Of a stretch of DNA of 64,000 nt, positions 46,538 through 56,230 are shown piece by piece. Under the pieces are notes generated by a model, which made no database searches, was not told where the DNA came from, and saw only the letters and a program-made list of their open reading frames with translations. Positions within the stretch are counted from its first letter, which is position 1, and each line of letters starts with the position of its first letter. The DNA is from Clostridia bacterium (GTDB lineage: Bacteria; Bacillota; Clostridia; JAAYHZ01), in NCBI GenBank assembly GCA_050950825.1, contig JBMNIH010000007.1, positions 1 to 64,000 on the forward strand, given 5' to 3'. A program made the position numbers and the translations under genes.

Positions 46538-48889
46538 ATGCAACCGTCTTTGACAAGGATTCATAAAAAGTTAAAGAAAAATGAAAAAACCTTTCGAGCG
46601 ATTACCGAGGAAATATCCGCAAGCAAGAGCGTTGTAATGCTGCTTTTAGGGTTCTTAACGGCAGGTGTATCCTTTACCGGCAGCTCCGCACCCTTTGCCG
46701 TCGCATTGTTCGGCGTTGCACTGAAATACGGGATCATACCGTTTGTCGTCTTATGCATAACGATCTTGGGATTGACGCTTGCCGGAGCGCAACAAGCTTT
46801 GTCCGTCTATATCCTGACCGGCTTGTTGTATGCAGGCATTCATGTGCTGATAAAAAACAAGAAAAACGGTTTGAAAGCCGTTGCCATCGCCTTGGCATAT
46901 TTTTCTTCTTCCGTAACGGTTGCGGCACTTTTAGACCGGACTTTTTATGATTTTTTGTACGGCTTTTTGTATGCGGCGTTAACCGGCCTTTTATACGTCA
47001 TCTACGACCGAGCCGTATCCGGCATAGACGATTTAAGCAAAGGCTTAAAGCTGAACGGGGAACAATACGCCGCCTTGTATATAGCCGTGTTTTTGGCTCT
47101 TTCCGCCATGACAAATTACCGTATTGCCAATGTGAATATCGGTGTCATAATCTATTTGTTTGTTGTCATGATTTGCTCCTACTACGGGAATATCGGTATT
47201 TCCGGCATATTTGTTTTAAGCGCTTTGTTTGTAGGCCACCTTTCCGGATTCAGCGACATGTTCGTATATTTCCTTTTATGCGTTACGGTATTAATCTCCG
47301 CTTTAACAAAAGAATCTTCCAAGGTTCTTTATTGCGCGGCGGCCGTTTTCGGTTGGCTGGTTACGGCTCTCGTCTTTTACGATCCGATGATAGGTGAGCT
47401 TTATGTGGTGGAAACCCTCTTGGGAATTATCCTTTTCGCGAGTTTTCCCGCTCAAGCCGGAAACTACATATTCGATATGATCAGTCCTAAGCAAAGGCAG
47501 GGGACGACCGTTGTCTACAATGCCAAGGGGGCTCTTTTGACACGAAAGATTACAAGTATATCCGGTATGCTTCAAAAAGTGTCCTCCATGCTCCCGGATG
47601 AAGAGTTTAAAAATACGGAAATCAAGAACGATGCCTACCGCTTGATTGATATTGCCGCCGGCAAAATATGCGAAGAATGCACAAAATGCGCTTATTGTTG
47701 GGAAGAAAATTTCTATTCCACTTACCAAGCTATTTTTGCCGCCGTAGCGACCATCAACACCGGAGGAACCTTTCATGAAAACGACCTTCCGGGCAAATTC
47801 AAAAGAACCTGCTTAAAGCTCGATGATTTCGTTACCAGCATAAACAACTGCTGTGAAGTATTTAAAATGGACAAGATCTACCGCCGTCATATCGACAATA
47901 TTAAAAACATCGCAAGAGATCAAATAACGCACATCGCCGCCTATATCCACGATTACTACGATTATGTGGACAGAACGAAATCCGCATGCAAGGAAATCGA
48001 AAACGAAATTTACCGCATGCTGTCCTCCATCGGCTGTATTCCTTCCGATATCTACATCTCCGTCCTTTGCGAGGACAAATACATGGTGGAATTGTTGTAT
48101 GACAAATCGTCGGAATGGCGGGAAAACCTGGATTTGATTTTAAGCGTTGTGAGCCGTGTTTTGGGAGAAAAGATCGAATACGAAACCGGGTATTTCGGTG
48201 ACCGCTACGATATTAAAATCACCTGCAAGCCTGTAAAGCAATACGGCGTCAGCACCTGGATTGCCAAAAAGGCGGCGTCGGAGAATTCCGTCTCCGGAGA
48301 CAGCTATACCTTCTTTGAAAATTCGAAGGGCTTGTACGTGGCGGCGGTAGGCGACGGTATGGGAACCGGGAAGAAAGCTCATAAAAGAAGCAATATGGTG
48401 ATGAATCTTTTGGAATGCTTTTACGAGGATTACCACAACCACGATTCGGTTATCAAAATCATCAACTCCTTTTTGGCTATGAAAACGGAGCAAGAGTCTT
48501 TTTCCACCGTAGATATGTGCACAATGAACCTGTTTTCAGGAGAAGCGGAATTTGTGAAAGCCGGAGGATGCAGTACCTTTGTCTATGACGGAAAAGAGGT
48601 AAAAATGTACGGCTCCAACACGACTCCTGTAGGGATTTTAGACCGGCCGAATACCTATTCGGTAAAAGAAACGGCAAACAATTCTTTGGTGATCGTCCTT
48701 TTAACCGACGGCGTTCTCGACGTTTTAGGAGAAAACGATATCCGATACATCATTGCTTCAGGCAACGATTCCAACATTCAGAACCTTGCCGATACCATTT
48801 TAAAAAGCGCGTTGGAAAAATGCAACCAAAAGCCTAGGGACGATATGCTGGTTTTGGTGAATAAGATGTGGAAATTGCATAAGGTTTAA
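46538..48889 (+). CDS. spoIIE: Stage II sporulation protein E (PP2C phosphatase)
   Basis: About 10 N-terminal TMs, CxxCxxCxxCW motif, SGDS, DGMGTG, TDG and DD PP2C motifs. Confidence 0.88.
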   Translation: MQPSLTRIHKKLKKNEKTFRAITEEISASKSVVMLLLGFLTAGVSFTGSSAPFAVALFGVALKYGIIPFVVLCITILGLTLAGAQQALSVYILTGLLYAGIHVLIKNKKNGLKAVAIALAYFSSSVTVAALLDRTFYDFLYGFLYAALTGLLYVIYDRAVSGIDDLSKGLKLNGEQYAALYIAVFLALSAMTNYRIANVNIGVIIYLFVVMICSYYGNIGISGIFVLSALFVGHLSGFSDMFVYFLLCVTVLISALTKESSKVLYCAAAVFGWLVTALVFYDPMIGELYVVETLLGIILFASFPAQAGNYIFDMISPKQRQGTTVVYNAKGALLTRKITSISGMLQKVSSMLPDEEFKNTEIKNDAYRLIDIAAGKICEECTKCAYCWEENFYSTYQAIFAAVATINTGGTFHENDLPGKFKRTCLKLDDFVTSINNCCEVFKMDKIYRRHIDNIKNIARDQITHIAAYIHDYYDYVDRTKSACKEIENEIYRMLSSIGCIPSDIYISVLCEDKYMVELLYDKSSEWRENLDLILSVVSRVLGEKIEYETGYFGDRYDIKITCKPVKQYGVSTWIAKKAASENSVSGDSYTFFENSKGLYVAAVGDGMGTGKKAHKRSNMVMNLLECFYEDYHNHDSVIKIINSFLAMKTEQESFSTVDMCTMNLFSGEAEFVKAGGCSTFVYDGKEVKMYGSNTTPVGILDRPNTYSVKETANNSLVIVLLTDGVLDVLGENDIRYIIASGNDSNIQNLADTILKSALEKCNQKPRDDMLVLVNKMWKLHKV

Positions 48890-48894
48890 AAACA

Positions 48895-48922
48895 AAACAG
48901 CCTCGTTTCCGCGAGGCTGTTT
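48895..48922. terminator. Bidirectional terminator
   Basis: AAACAGCCTCG...CGAGGCTGTTT. Confidence 0.78.
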
Positions 48923-48930
48923 AATCGGGT

Positions 48931-50421
48931 TTATAGCAATCCTCGTAAGGTTTTGCTCATATCCTCTTTCGAACACTTGATGCTGTGGAGGACGGGCTTT
49001 TCCATCACCTTGGCGATGGGCTCCGGAATTTTTACCGCCGTTTCTTTTTCCAAAAGCTTCAGCAATTCAAACTCCGAATACTTGTCCAAATCCGAATTCT
49101 TGATAATGGCTTGAGCAACGGCTTTCCCGAATTTGTACGGGCTTGCGGTAGACACCACCACGGTATGGGTTTCGTCCTCAAACGCCTCTCTATAGCGGTC
49201 CAAAACGCCCAACGCAACGGCGGTGTGGGTGTCGCTCAAGTAGCCGAAATTTTTAAAATACCGTGCGATGACTTGTGAGGTTTCGGCATCATCGATATAG
49301 TCGCCGTAAAAAATGTCCGTTATTTTTTCGTGCAATTCCTCGGGAATTGCATATCGTCCTTCCGTTTTTAACCGATTCATGAACTTGGCTACGGTTTTGG
49401 CCTTCTTGTCGGCCACATCGTATATCAAGCGTTCCAAATTGCTGGATATGAGGATGTCCATGGAGGGCGAAAGAGTTTTGTAAAAATCTCGATTCCGGTT
49501 ATATATGCCTTTTTGGAAAAAGTCCGTAAGTACGTTGTTTTGATTGGAGGCGCATAGGAATTTATTCACCGGTAATCCCATTTTTGCGGCATAATATCCG
49601 GCTAAAATGTTGCCGAAATTACCCGTAGGCACAACGAAATTAATGCGTTCTCCGCAGGATATGCTGCCTTTCTTCAGCAAAGCGGCATAGGAACTGAAAT
49701 AGTATACGATTTGCGGCACGAGTCGTCCCCAATTAATGGAATTGGCCGATGAAAACATATATCCTTTCCGGTCTAATTCTTCGATGAGTACGGTGTCGGT
49801 AAAAATGTTTTTCACACCGGTTTGGGCGTCGTCAAAATTGCCGGAGATGGCGATGGAATGTACATTGGCCCCTTCCTGTGTCACCATTTGCAGCTTCTGC
49901 ATGTCGCTGACGCCGTGTTCCGGGAAAAAGACCACGATTTTTGTGCCGTCTACGTCCTTGAATCCTTCCAAAGCGGCTTTGCCGGTATCTCCGGATGTGG
50001 CCACCAGGATCAAAATGGTTTTTTCTTCGCCGGTGTCCCTTACGGCGGCGGACATCAATTCCGGTAAAAGCTGAAGGGCCATATCCTTAAATGCACAGGT
50101 AGGGCCGTGCCACAGCTCCAATACGGACGTGTTTTTATCGAGGGATACCAAGGGAGCGGGTTCGTTGTTTTCAAAACCGGTTCCGTATGCGTTTGCAATG
50201 CATTGTTTCAAAACGTCTTCCCGATAATCGTCCAATATGCGGCATAATACTCTGTTTGCAATGTCGATATAGGTTCCTTCGGACATCGCTTTTAAGTCAT
50301 TTATAGAAAAGTAGGTGAAATGATCCGGTACATACAATCCTCCGTCATCCGCCAAACCTTTCAATACGGCTTCTTGAGACGAATGGACGCAAGAATTTCC
50401 GCGGGTACTTTTGTAATGCAT
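48931..50421 (-). CDS. thrC: Threonine synthase
   Basis: ELWHGPTCAFKD, ATSGDTG, SANSINWGR and VPTGNFGN motifs. Confidence 0.96.
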   Translation of the reverse strand: MHYKSTRGNSCVHSSQEAVLKGLADDGGLYVPDHFTYFSINDLKAMSEGTYIDIANRVLCRILDDYREDVLKQCIANAYGTGFENNEPAPLVSLDKNTSVLELWHGPTCAFKDMALQLLPELMSAAVRDTGEEKTILILVATSGDTGKAALEGFKDVDGTKIVVFFPEHGVSDMQKLQMVTQEGANVHSIAISGNFDDAQTGVKNIFTDTVLIEELDRKGYMFSSANSINWGRLVPQIVYYFSSYAALLKKGSISCGERINFVVPTGNFGNILAGYYAAKMGLPVNKFLCASNQNNVLTDFFQKGIYNRNRDFYKTLSPSMDILISSNLERLIYDVADKKAKTVAKFMNRLKTEGRYAIPEELHEKITDIFYGDYIDDAETSQVIARYFKNFGYLSDTHTAVALGVLDRYREAFEDETHTVVVSTASPYKFGKAVAQAIIKNSDLDKYSEFELLKLLEKETAVKIPEPIAKVMEKPVLHSIKCSKEDMSKTLRGLL

Positions 50422-50492
50422 AGAAAAACTCCGTTTTTTTATGAAATATTATAACACAGGAAAAAAGAAGATGAACATAAAAATTGATAAAA

Positions 50493-50588
50493 AGGAATCT
50501 TTACCATAAGTAACTGCATCGGGGAGGGGGTTCGTGGTAACCGGCAACCGGAGTTATTCCCTCTCGGTCAATAGCGGTAGAAAATCCT
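50493..50588 (+). ncRNA. Unidentified structured intergenic element (long hairpin)
   Basis: Nested complementary arms with G-U pairs on the plus strand; not recognised as a known family. Confidence 0.3.
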
Positions 50589-50611
50589 TGTCGTGTTATC
50601 AGAAAGGGTTG

Positions 50612-50642
50612 AAAAAAGGACGCAAGCTTTTTACTTGCGTCC
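50612..50642 (-). terminator. fucI terminator
   Basis: GGACGCAAG...CTTGCGTCC with a T-run on the minus strand. Confidence 0.78.
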
Positions 50643-50655
50643 CGTAATCCGCTTT

Positions 50656-52449
50656 CTATTTATATATCGGACCTAATGCTTTGCAGGCTCTAAAGTCGGC
50701 ACCTTCCGGGTCTTGTGTTCCGAATGCGCTCCACATGGCGGGTCGGAAGATTCGGTTTTCAGGAACATTGTGCATGTTCACCGGTATTCGCAAGATGGAC
50801 GCCAAAGTAATCAGTTCGCTTCCGATATGTCCGTAGGAGAAGGCGCCGTGGTTTGCGCCCCAGTTGGCCATTACGGAGTATACGTCCTTGAACGGGCCGG
50901 ATCCGGTTAATCGCGGTACAAACCAAGTGGTAGGCCATGTGGGGTCGGTACGTTCGTTCAAAACGGAGTGGACATCCTCCGGCAATTCTACCGAGTAACC
51001 TTCCGCAATTTGAAGGACCGGTCCTAAACCGCTGACAAGATTCAGCCTGCACAGGGTAAGAGGCATGCCGCCTTTGGATTTGAAGTTGGACGAATAACCG
51101 CCGCCTCTGAAATAGCCTAAGCTTGCCGGTCTCCAGAGGGTGGCTTCCAAGCATTTTTCCACTTCCTCCTCGGTGATTTCCCAGAAAGGCTTCATGACGG
51201 GTTTTCCGTCCTTCGCTTGCTCTCCGGCTGCATCCAATGCGCAGGAGCCGGAATTGATCAGGTGAATCAAGCCGTTTTCTGCCGTACCCTCTAAAGTATA
51301 GCCCGTTACGCGTTTGACCGCTTCGGGGCTCCAATAGGTACGTACATCGGCAAAGCCTTGGGCGGTATTGGTCAGAAGGTACCCGAACAGCATGCTGACA
51401 CCGTTTAGGCAGTCGTTTTCCGTTGCCACCACGAAGGGCTGACGTATTCCGTTCCAGTCGAAGGAAGAGTTCAAAATGGCTTCCATAAAGTCGCCGTTGG
51501 TCATGAAGTCGTTCCAATGCCGTTGGCCTTGGAATCCGGAAACCAATGCGTTTCGTCCCATGGCCTCTTCATAGAATCCCAGCTCGTGAAGACGTGGATT
51601 TCCGATCATTAAATCCCTTGTTATCATGGTCATCTTCACACATTCTTCCCAGTTGAGGTCTTTTTCCGCTCTTGATTTTTGAATTTCGGGAGGATTGTTG
51701 TCCTTGCCTTCACGGCAGTATTTCTTCGTCCAAGCAAGGGCTTTTTCAAATTCTACGGGATCGTAAATGCCTTCTTTTAATCGGCGCTGCACTTCGCTCA
51801 TGTCCACGTATTCGTTCCGCATACCCAAATATTGCCTAAAGAAATCCGGGTTGACGATGGATCCCGCAATCCCCATGGAAACGGAACCGATGGACAAATA
51901 GGATTTTCCTTTCATATATGATGCGGCCAAACCCGCTTTGACGAATTGCAATATCTTTTCCTTCACGTCATCCGGTATGGTCGTATCGTTCGCATCTTGT
52001 ACATTGCGGCCGTAGATACCGAATGCCGGCAAACCCATTTGGGCATGGGCGGCTAAAACGGCGGCCAAATAAACGGCTCCGGGGCGTTCCGTACCGTTGA
52101 ATCCCCATACCGCTTTGGGAATAAAGGGATCCATATCCATGGTTTCGGAACCGTAGCACCAGCAAGGTGTTACGGTAAGAGACACGCCCACACCTTCTCT
52201 TTGAAACTTATCCGCACAAGCGGCCGCTTCCGCTACTCCTCCGATCGTCGTATCGGCGATGACGCAGACGACGTCGGATCCGTCAGGATACTTCAGGCTC
52301 TTGGAGATTAACTCGGCGGCAGACTTCGCCATGTTCATGGTCTGCTCTTCAAGAGACTCCCTGACGCCTCTTCTTCTTCCGTCGATTACCGGCCGTATTC
52401 CTACTTTCGGAAAGGCCCCTAATAACCGGTTTCCCTTTTTCGCATTCAT
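50656..52449 (-). CDS. fucI: L-fucose isomerase
   Basis: IGIRP-like [34 protein letters not shown] and WGANH motifs. Confidence 0.95.
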   Translation of the reverse strand: MNAKKGNRLLGAFPKVGIRPVIDGRRRGVRESLEEQTMNMAKSAAELISKSLKYPDGSDVVCVIADTTIGGVAEAAACADKFQREGVGVSLTVTPCWCYGSETMDMDPFIPKAVWGFNGTERPGAVYLAAVLAAHAQMGLPAFGIYGRNVQDANDTTIPDDVKEKILQFVKAGLAASYMKGKSYLSIGSVSMGIAGSIVNPDFFRQYLGMRNEYVDMSEVQRRLKEGIYDPVEFEKALAWTKKYCREGKDNNPPEIQKSRAEKDLNWEECVKMTMITRDLMIGNPRLHELGFYEEAMGRNALVSGFQGQRHWNDFMTNGDFMEAILNSSFDWNGIRQPFVVATENDCLNGVSMLFGYLLTNTAQGFADVRTYWSPEAVKRVTGYTLEGTAENGLIHLINSGSCALDAAGEQAKDGKPVMKPFWEITEEEVEKCLEATLWRPASLGYFRGGGYSSNFKSKGGMPLTLCRLNLVSGLGPVLQIAEGYSVELPEDVHSVLNERTDPTWPTTWFVPRLTGSGPFKDVYSVMANWGANHGAFSYGHIGSELITLASILRIPVNMHNVPENRIFRPAMWSAFGTQDPEGADFRACKALGPIYK

Positions 52450-52478
52450 GATGGACGACCTCCATTTAATATATTCTC

Positions 52479-53183
52479 TCATACTTTACTCGCAAGCATA
52501 TTATTGATAGGGTTGTTATGGTACAGGTAACTTGCTATTGTCGAGTCGTTAATTATTTCTAACAAGGCCTCCGTTTTTCCTGCCGGAGAAAACATGGTAA
52601 TGGCGGTGAAAGCGGAGAATATGACCAAAAGCCCGGCTATGCATCCTAAGACAAGTCCGGCGCTTCGGTCCAGCTGCTTTATAACCGGCGCATCCGCAAT
52701 TTTTTTAATCATGACAAACAAAAGAGAAAACAATATCCGCACGACGATGAAGATCAATATTCCCGCAATGACTAAAGTCAAAAAGCTTGCAATCCCGGTA
52801 CTGACGGCATAGGCTGCCGAATCGGCACCGGAGGATACGGCCATGGCGGCATTTTCTGCCGACTTTTCCGCGATGGCAGGCTTGATGTTTTCGGGCAGAG
52901 GAATTTGGTCCAAAAGATGGTTGATGCTTTCCATAAGCGAAAGACCGGCGGAGAGCACCTTCCCTTGTGTGGTCTCGTATATTTTATCCACCATGCGGTT
53001 ATAGAATTCGGCTTGCTGCAGAAGGCTTGAGATGGGACGTGCAAATTTCAATGCGATGAAAACGGACAGTATGAAGGACAGAATCTTGTAAGCCATTTTA
53101 ATAACACCGGTATACAAACCGATAATACCGGCTACGGCGATGATACCAATTACGATGATATCGATAGCATCCAATGTTAACAA
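52479..53183 (-). CDS. CvpA-family membrane protein
   Basis: IDII..GLYTG start and [10 protein letters not shown] motif; 4 TM segments. Confidence 0.8.
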   Translation of the reverse strand: MLTLDAIDIIVIGIIAVAGIIGLYTGVIKMAYKILSFILSVFIALKFARPISSLLQQAEFYNRMVDKIYETTQGKVLSAGLSLMESINHLLDQIPLPENIKPAIAEKSAENAAMAVSSGADSAAYAVSTGIASFLTLVIAGILIFIVVRILFSLLFVMIKKIADAPVIKQLDRSAGLVLGCIAGLLVIFSAFTAITMFSPAGKTEALLEIINDSTIASYLYHNNPINNMLASKV

Positions 53184-53190
53184 ATCCTTT

Positions 53191-54423
53191 CTAGAATAAT
53201 TTTATGTACGTCATATCCAGCTCCGTTACGGATACGGCATGGGTCCTGCCCAAGGGGAATACATCCAAAACGTCGCTTTTTGAGCTGTACTTGATGGACA
53301 AGGTTCCTTCCGTATTGTAGAACAGGACTTCTCTTCCGTAATTTACCGCCGCTATATCGTCGTATGTTCGAATACTCACAATATTCGTTCCGTATATGTG
53401 CTCTTGAAGAGTGTTTCCTTCGTAATCGGCAAAGACCGTATGACATTGGCCCTGCGAGTCGATGTAGGCATACACCAAACCGTTTTTAATGGGAGATACG
53501 GTAATCATTTTACCCGTTTCTTTCTTCCAAACCGATTCGGCATTGCCGTTGAAGCAATAGATTCCTTTTTCGTTTCCCGTAATTAGGTTTCCGTTTTCCA
53601 AGGGAAACAAAACCGAAAAGAGTTCGTTTTGAACAATGTGTCCGGCGTCCGCCGCTTCCGCAATAAAGTCCGAAAACTCCAGTATGGTTTCAATCCCCGT
53701 CCCGGATGTCTTGACGCTGTTCACCGTGTACTCTTTTCCCGATGAAAGTACGGCCGCATTGACCGCCACGCTTTCCCTTTTATATACATCGCATATCTTT
53801 TTGCCTGAAGAGTCGAAAAAACTGATTTTGGAATAGGCGTTGGTATCGTCGCATAAGACGGCGATATACCCTTTGCTGTTTACCGACATGTAGCGGATGG
53901 TTCCCGTCAGCTCCAAAAGGGCGATTCGCTTCATGCCTTTGTAGACATAAACCGTCTTTTGGTCTCGATCCCCGATAAGAGCGATTTCCGCATTGTATGC
54001 GGTAATGGGAGCGGTTATCTCGATGATTTCCCTGTGAACCGCTTTTCCCGACGGATCGTAAACGGTAATATCTTGCCCGCTGCTGACATAAAGGTATCGG
54101 CTGCAAGGCACGTATGCATAAGCGGAACCGCCGGATAAAACGGTGCTCAAGGGTGTCGCTTTGTCCTTGGGTACCGCTTGCTCTTCGCCGGTAATCATGG
54201 CAACGGCCGATTTGATGTCCTCAAAGTTAAATTCCAATTGGCCGGATTTTAAAACCGAAAGAACCGTTAACGTGGCAATCAAAAAAACAACGCTAACCAA
54301 GAATATAAAGGAAAAAGCGTTTCTTGCTTTGCTGTCTTTTTTTTCGGAGCTTTTCTCCTCTTTTTTTTTCTCGACCATGCGCAGTTTTTCTCCGTCTTCT
54401 CCGTAATATCCCAAACGACCCAC
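53191..54423 (-). CDS. Membrane-anchored beta-propeller protein (DUF5711-like)
   Basis: Single N-terminal TM, SVNSKGYIAV repeat-like segments; upstream of the CvpA-family gene. Confidence 0.6.
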   Translation of the reverse strand: MGRLGYYGEDGEKLRMVEKKKEEKSSEKKDSKARNAFSFIFLVSVVFLIATLTVLSVLKSGQLEFNFEDIKSAVAMITGEEQAVPKDKATPLSTVLSGGSAYAYVPCSRYLYVSSGQDITVYDPSGKAVHREIIEITAPITAYNAEIALIGDRDQKTVYVYKGMKRIALLELTGTIRYMSVNSKGYIAVLCDDTNAYSKISFFDSSGKKICDVYKRESVAVNAAVLSSGKEYTVNSVKTSGTGIETILEFSDFIAEAADAGHIVQNELFSVLFPLENGNLITGNEKGIYCFNGNAESVWKKETGKMITVSPIKNGLVYAYIDSQGQCHTVFADYEGNTLQEHIYGTNIVSIRTYDDIAAVNYGREVLFYNTEGTLSIKYSSKSDVLDVFPLGRTHAVSVTELDMTYIKLF

Positions 54424-54508
54424 GATTAACGATGCCGTTAATCCCCTTGATTTATTATACCATATCGGCTTTGAAGGTAGTCAAATCCTTCATGTTTTCA
54501 ATAAAAAT

Positions 54509-54541
54509 ATAGATGCAAGCTTTTTAGGGTCTTGCATCTAT
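54509..54541 (-). terminator. Terminator after tRNA-Arg
   Basis: ATAGATGCAAG...CTTGCATCTAT inverted repeat. Confidence 0.7.
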
Positions 54542-54615
54542 GGCGTCTCGGGCAGGAATCGAACCCGCATCAGTGGAACCGGAATCCACTACCTTATCCG
54601 TTAGGCCACCGAGAC
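54541..54615 (-). tRNA. tRNA-Arg(CCG)
   Basis: Reverse complement folds as a cloverleaf; anticodon arm GTGGA-TTCCGGT-TCCAC; GGTTCGATTCC; CCA end. Confidence 0.93.
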
Positions 54616-54715
54616 ATCACGACTATTATACCACGATTATAGATTTACGCAAATTTTTTTTATCGGGGTATGCTATAATGTATGAAAATCTCATGGAGAA
54701 AAGCTGATAAACATC

Positions 54716-55687
54716 ATGAAAATCGGATCCGTCGAATTTCAAAATCATATATTCTTAGCCCCTATGGCCGGCATTACCGACTACGCCTTTCGAAAGCTCT
54801 GCAAAGAGCAGGGTGCGGGATTGACGTATACGGAAATGATCAGTGCCAAGGCGTTGTGCTATAAAGATCGAAAGACCTTTGAAATCGCAAAAATATATCC
54901 GGACGAGGTGCCCACCGCCGTTCAAATTTTCGGAAGCGAGCCCTACTATATGGCCAAGGCGGCGGAATTTCTATGCGAACAAGGTCCCTGCCTTATCGAT
55001 ATTAACATGGGATGCCCGGCACCGAAAATCGTTAAAAACGGCGAAGGCTGTGCTTTAATGAAGGATCTTTCCTTGGCCGGGAAAATCATTGCGGAGACGG
55101 TGAAGGCATCCAAAGTACCCGTAACGGTCAAAATTCGCAAAGGATGGGATGAAAACAGCGTCAATGCGGTGGAGATGGCGAAAACGGCGGAGGAAAACGG
55201 AGCATCGGCGGTAACGATCCACGGCCGGACCCGGGATATGTATTACTCGGGCCATGCCGATTGGGAAATTATTGCCAGGGTCAAGGAAAGCGTGAGCATC
55301 CCGGTCATCGGAAACGGCGATATAAAAACGGCCAAAGACGTTATGGAAATTAAAAAAATCACCGGATGCGATGGCGTGATGATCGGAAGAGCCGCTTTGG
55401 GGAATCCGTGGATATTTTCTTGGATCGGTGATGAAGCCGTAACGGATCCTCCCGCCATAGATCCTTATCGAAAATACGAGATGATTCTGCGCCACATGGA
55501 TTTGATGCTGAAGATCAAAGGAGAGGTGCAGACCGTCAACGAAATGAGAAAGCATATCGCTTGGTATTTAAAAGGGTTTAAGTATGCCGCCAAAATCCGA
55601 GATTCCATTTTTAAGATCGACGATTTGGAGGGCGTTAAAAAAGAGTTGGAACGAATATTTGCCAAAGGAGGACTCGAAGATGCATGA
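54716..55687 (+). CDS. dusB: tRNA-dihydrouridine synthase
   Basis: LAPMAGITD, IDINMGCP, HGRTR, IGNGDI and GVMIGR motifs. Confidence 0.95.
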   Translation: MKIGSVEFQNHIFLAPMAGITDYAFRKLCKEQGAGLTYTEMISAKALCYKDRKTFEIAKIYPDEVPTAVQIFGSEPYYMAKAAEFLCEQGPCLIDINMGCPAPKIVKNGEGCALMKDLSLAGKIIAETVKASKVPVTVKIRKGWDENSVNAVEMAKTAEENGASAVTIHGRTRDMYYSGHADWEIIARVKESVSIPVIGNGDIKTAKDVMEIKKITGCDGVMIGRAALGNPWIFSWIGDEAVTDPPAIDPYRKYEMILRHMDLMLKIKGEVQTVNEMRKHIAWYLKGFKYAAKIRDSIFKIDDLEGVKKELERIFAKGGLEDA

Positions 55688-56156
55688 TGCCACAAAATTT
55701 GCTCAAGAATCCTACGTGGAAATGACCCAGTTGGTGATGCCAAACGATACCAATTCACAAGGGAACTTATTCGGGGGGACCTTGATGAAGTGGATTGACT
55801 TGGCCGGTGCCATGGTGGCCATGAGGCATACCCACATGGATTGCGTGACGGTATCGGTAGACAACATGGATTTTCATCATTCGGTGAAGCTCAACGAAAT
55901 CGTAACCTTAAAAGCCAAATTGACATGGACGGGAAATACGTCTATGGAAATTAAGGTGGATGTGTATGCCGAGGATCCCTATACCGGCCAAAGACGTTTG
56001 ACCAATACCGCCTATATGGTTTTGGTAGCATTGGATAAGGACCATAATCCTGCGAAAATTCCTCAATTGAAAATCATCAGCGATAGCGAAAAGGAGGAAT
56101 GGGACCGCGCCGTGAAGCGCCGGGAAATGCGTTTGCAGAGAAAAAACAAAAAGTAA
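55680..56156 (+). CDS. Acyl-CoA thioesterase (hotdog fold)
   Basis: PNDTN..GNLFGGTLMKWID and GNTSME motifs; RBS AAGGAGG. Confidence 0.9.
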   Translation: MHDATKFAQESYVEMTQLVMPNDTNSQGNLFGGTLMKWIDLAGAMVAMRHTHMDCVTVSVDNMDFHHSVKLNEIVTLKAKLTWTGNTSMEIKVDVYAEDPYTGQRRLTNTAYMVLVALDKDHNPAKIPQLKIISDSEKEEWDRAVKRREMRLQRKNKK

Positions 56157-56230
56157 AAAGTCATAAAAAGAGCCTGTCTGCAGTATCCATAATAAGAGGG
56201 GGCGTACAAACCCTTTACAATACATAAGGG

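Noticed and set aside
50525-50560. T-box or SAM-I riboswitch upstream of thrC
   Set aside because: Lacks the T-box TGGNACC bulge with its terminator; only CGGCAACC of SAM-I is present and on the opposite strand to thrC.
56161-56195. Sigma-E promoter for spoVB
   Set aside because: The TCATA and CATA elements are too far apart for the consensus spacing.
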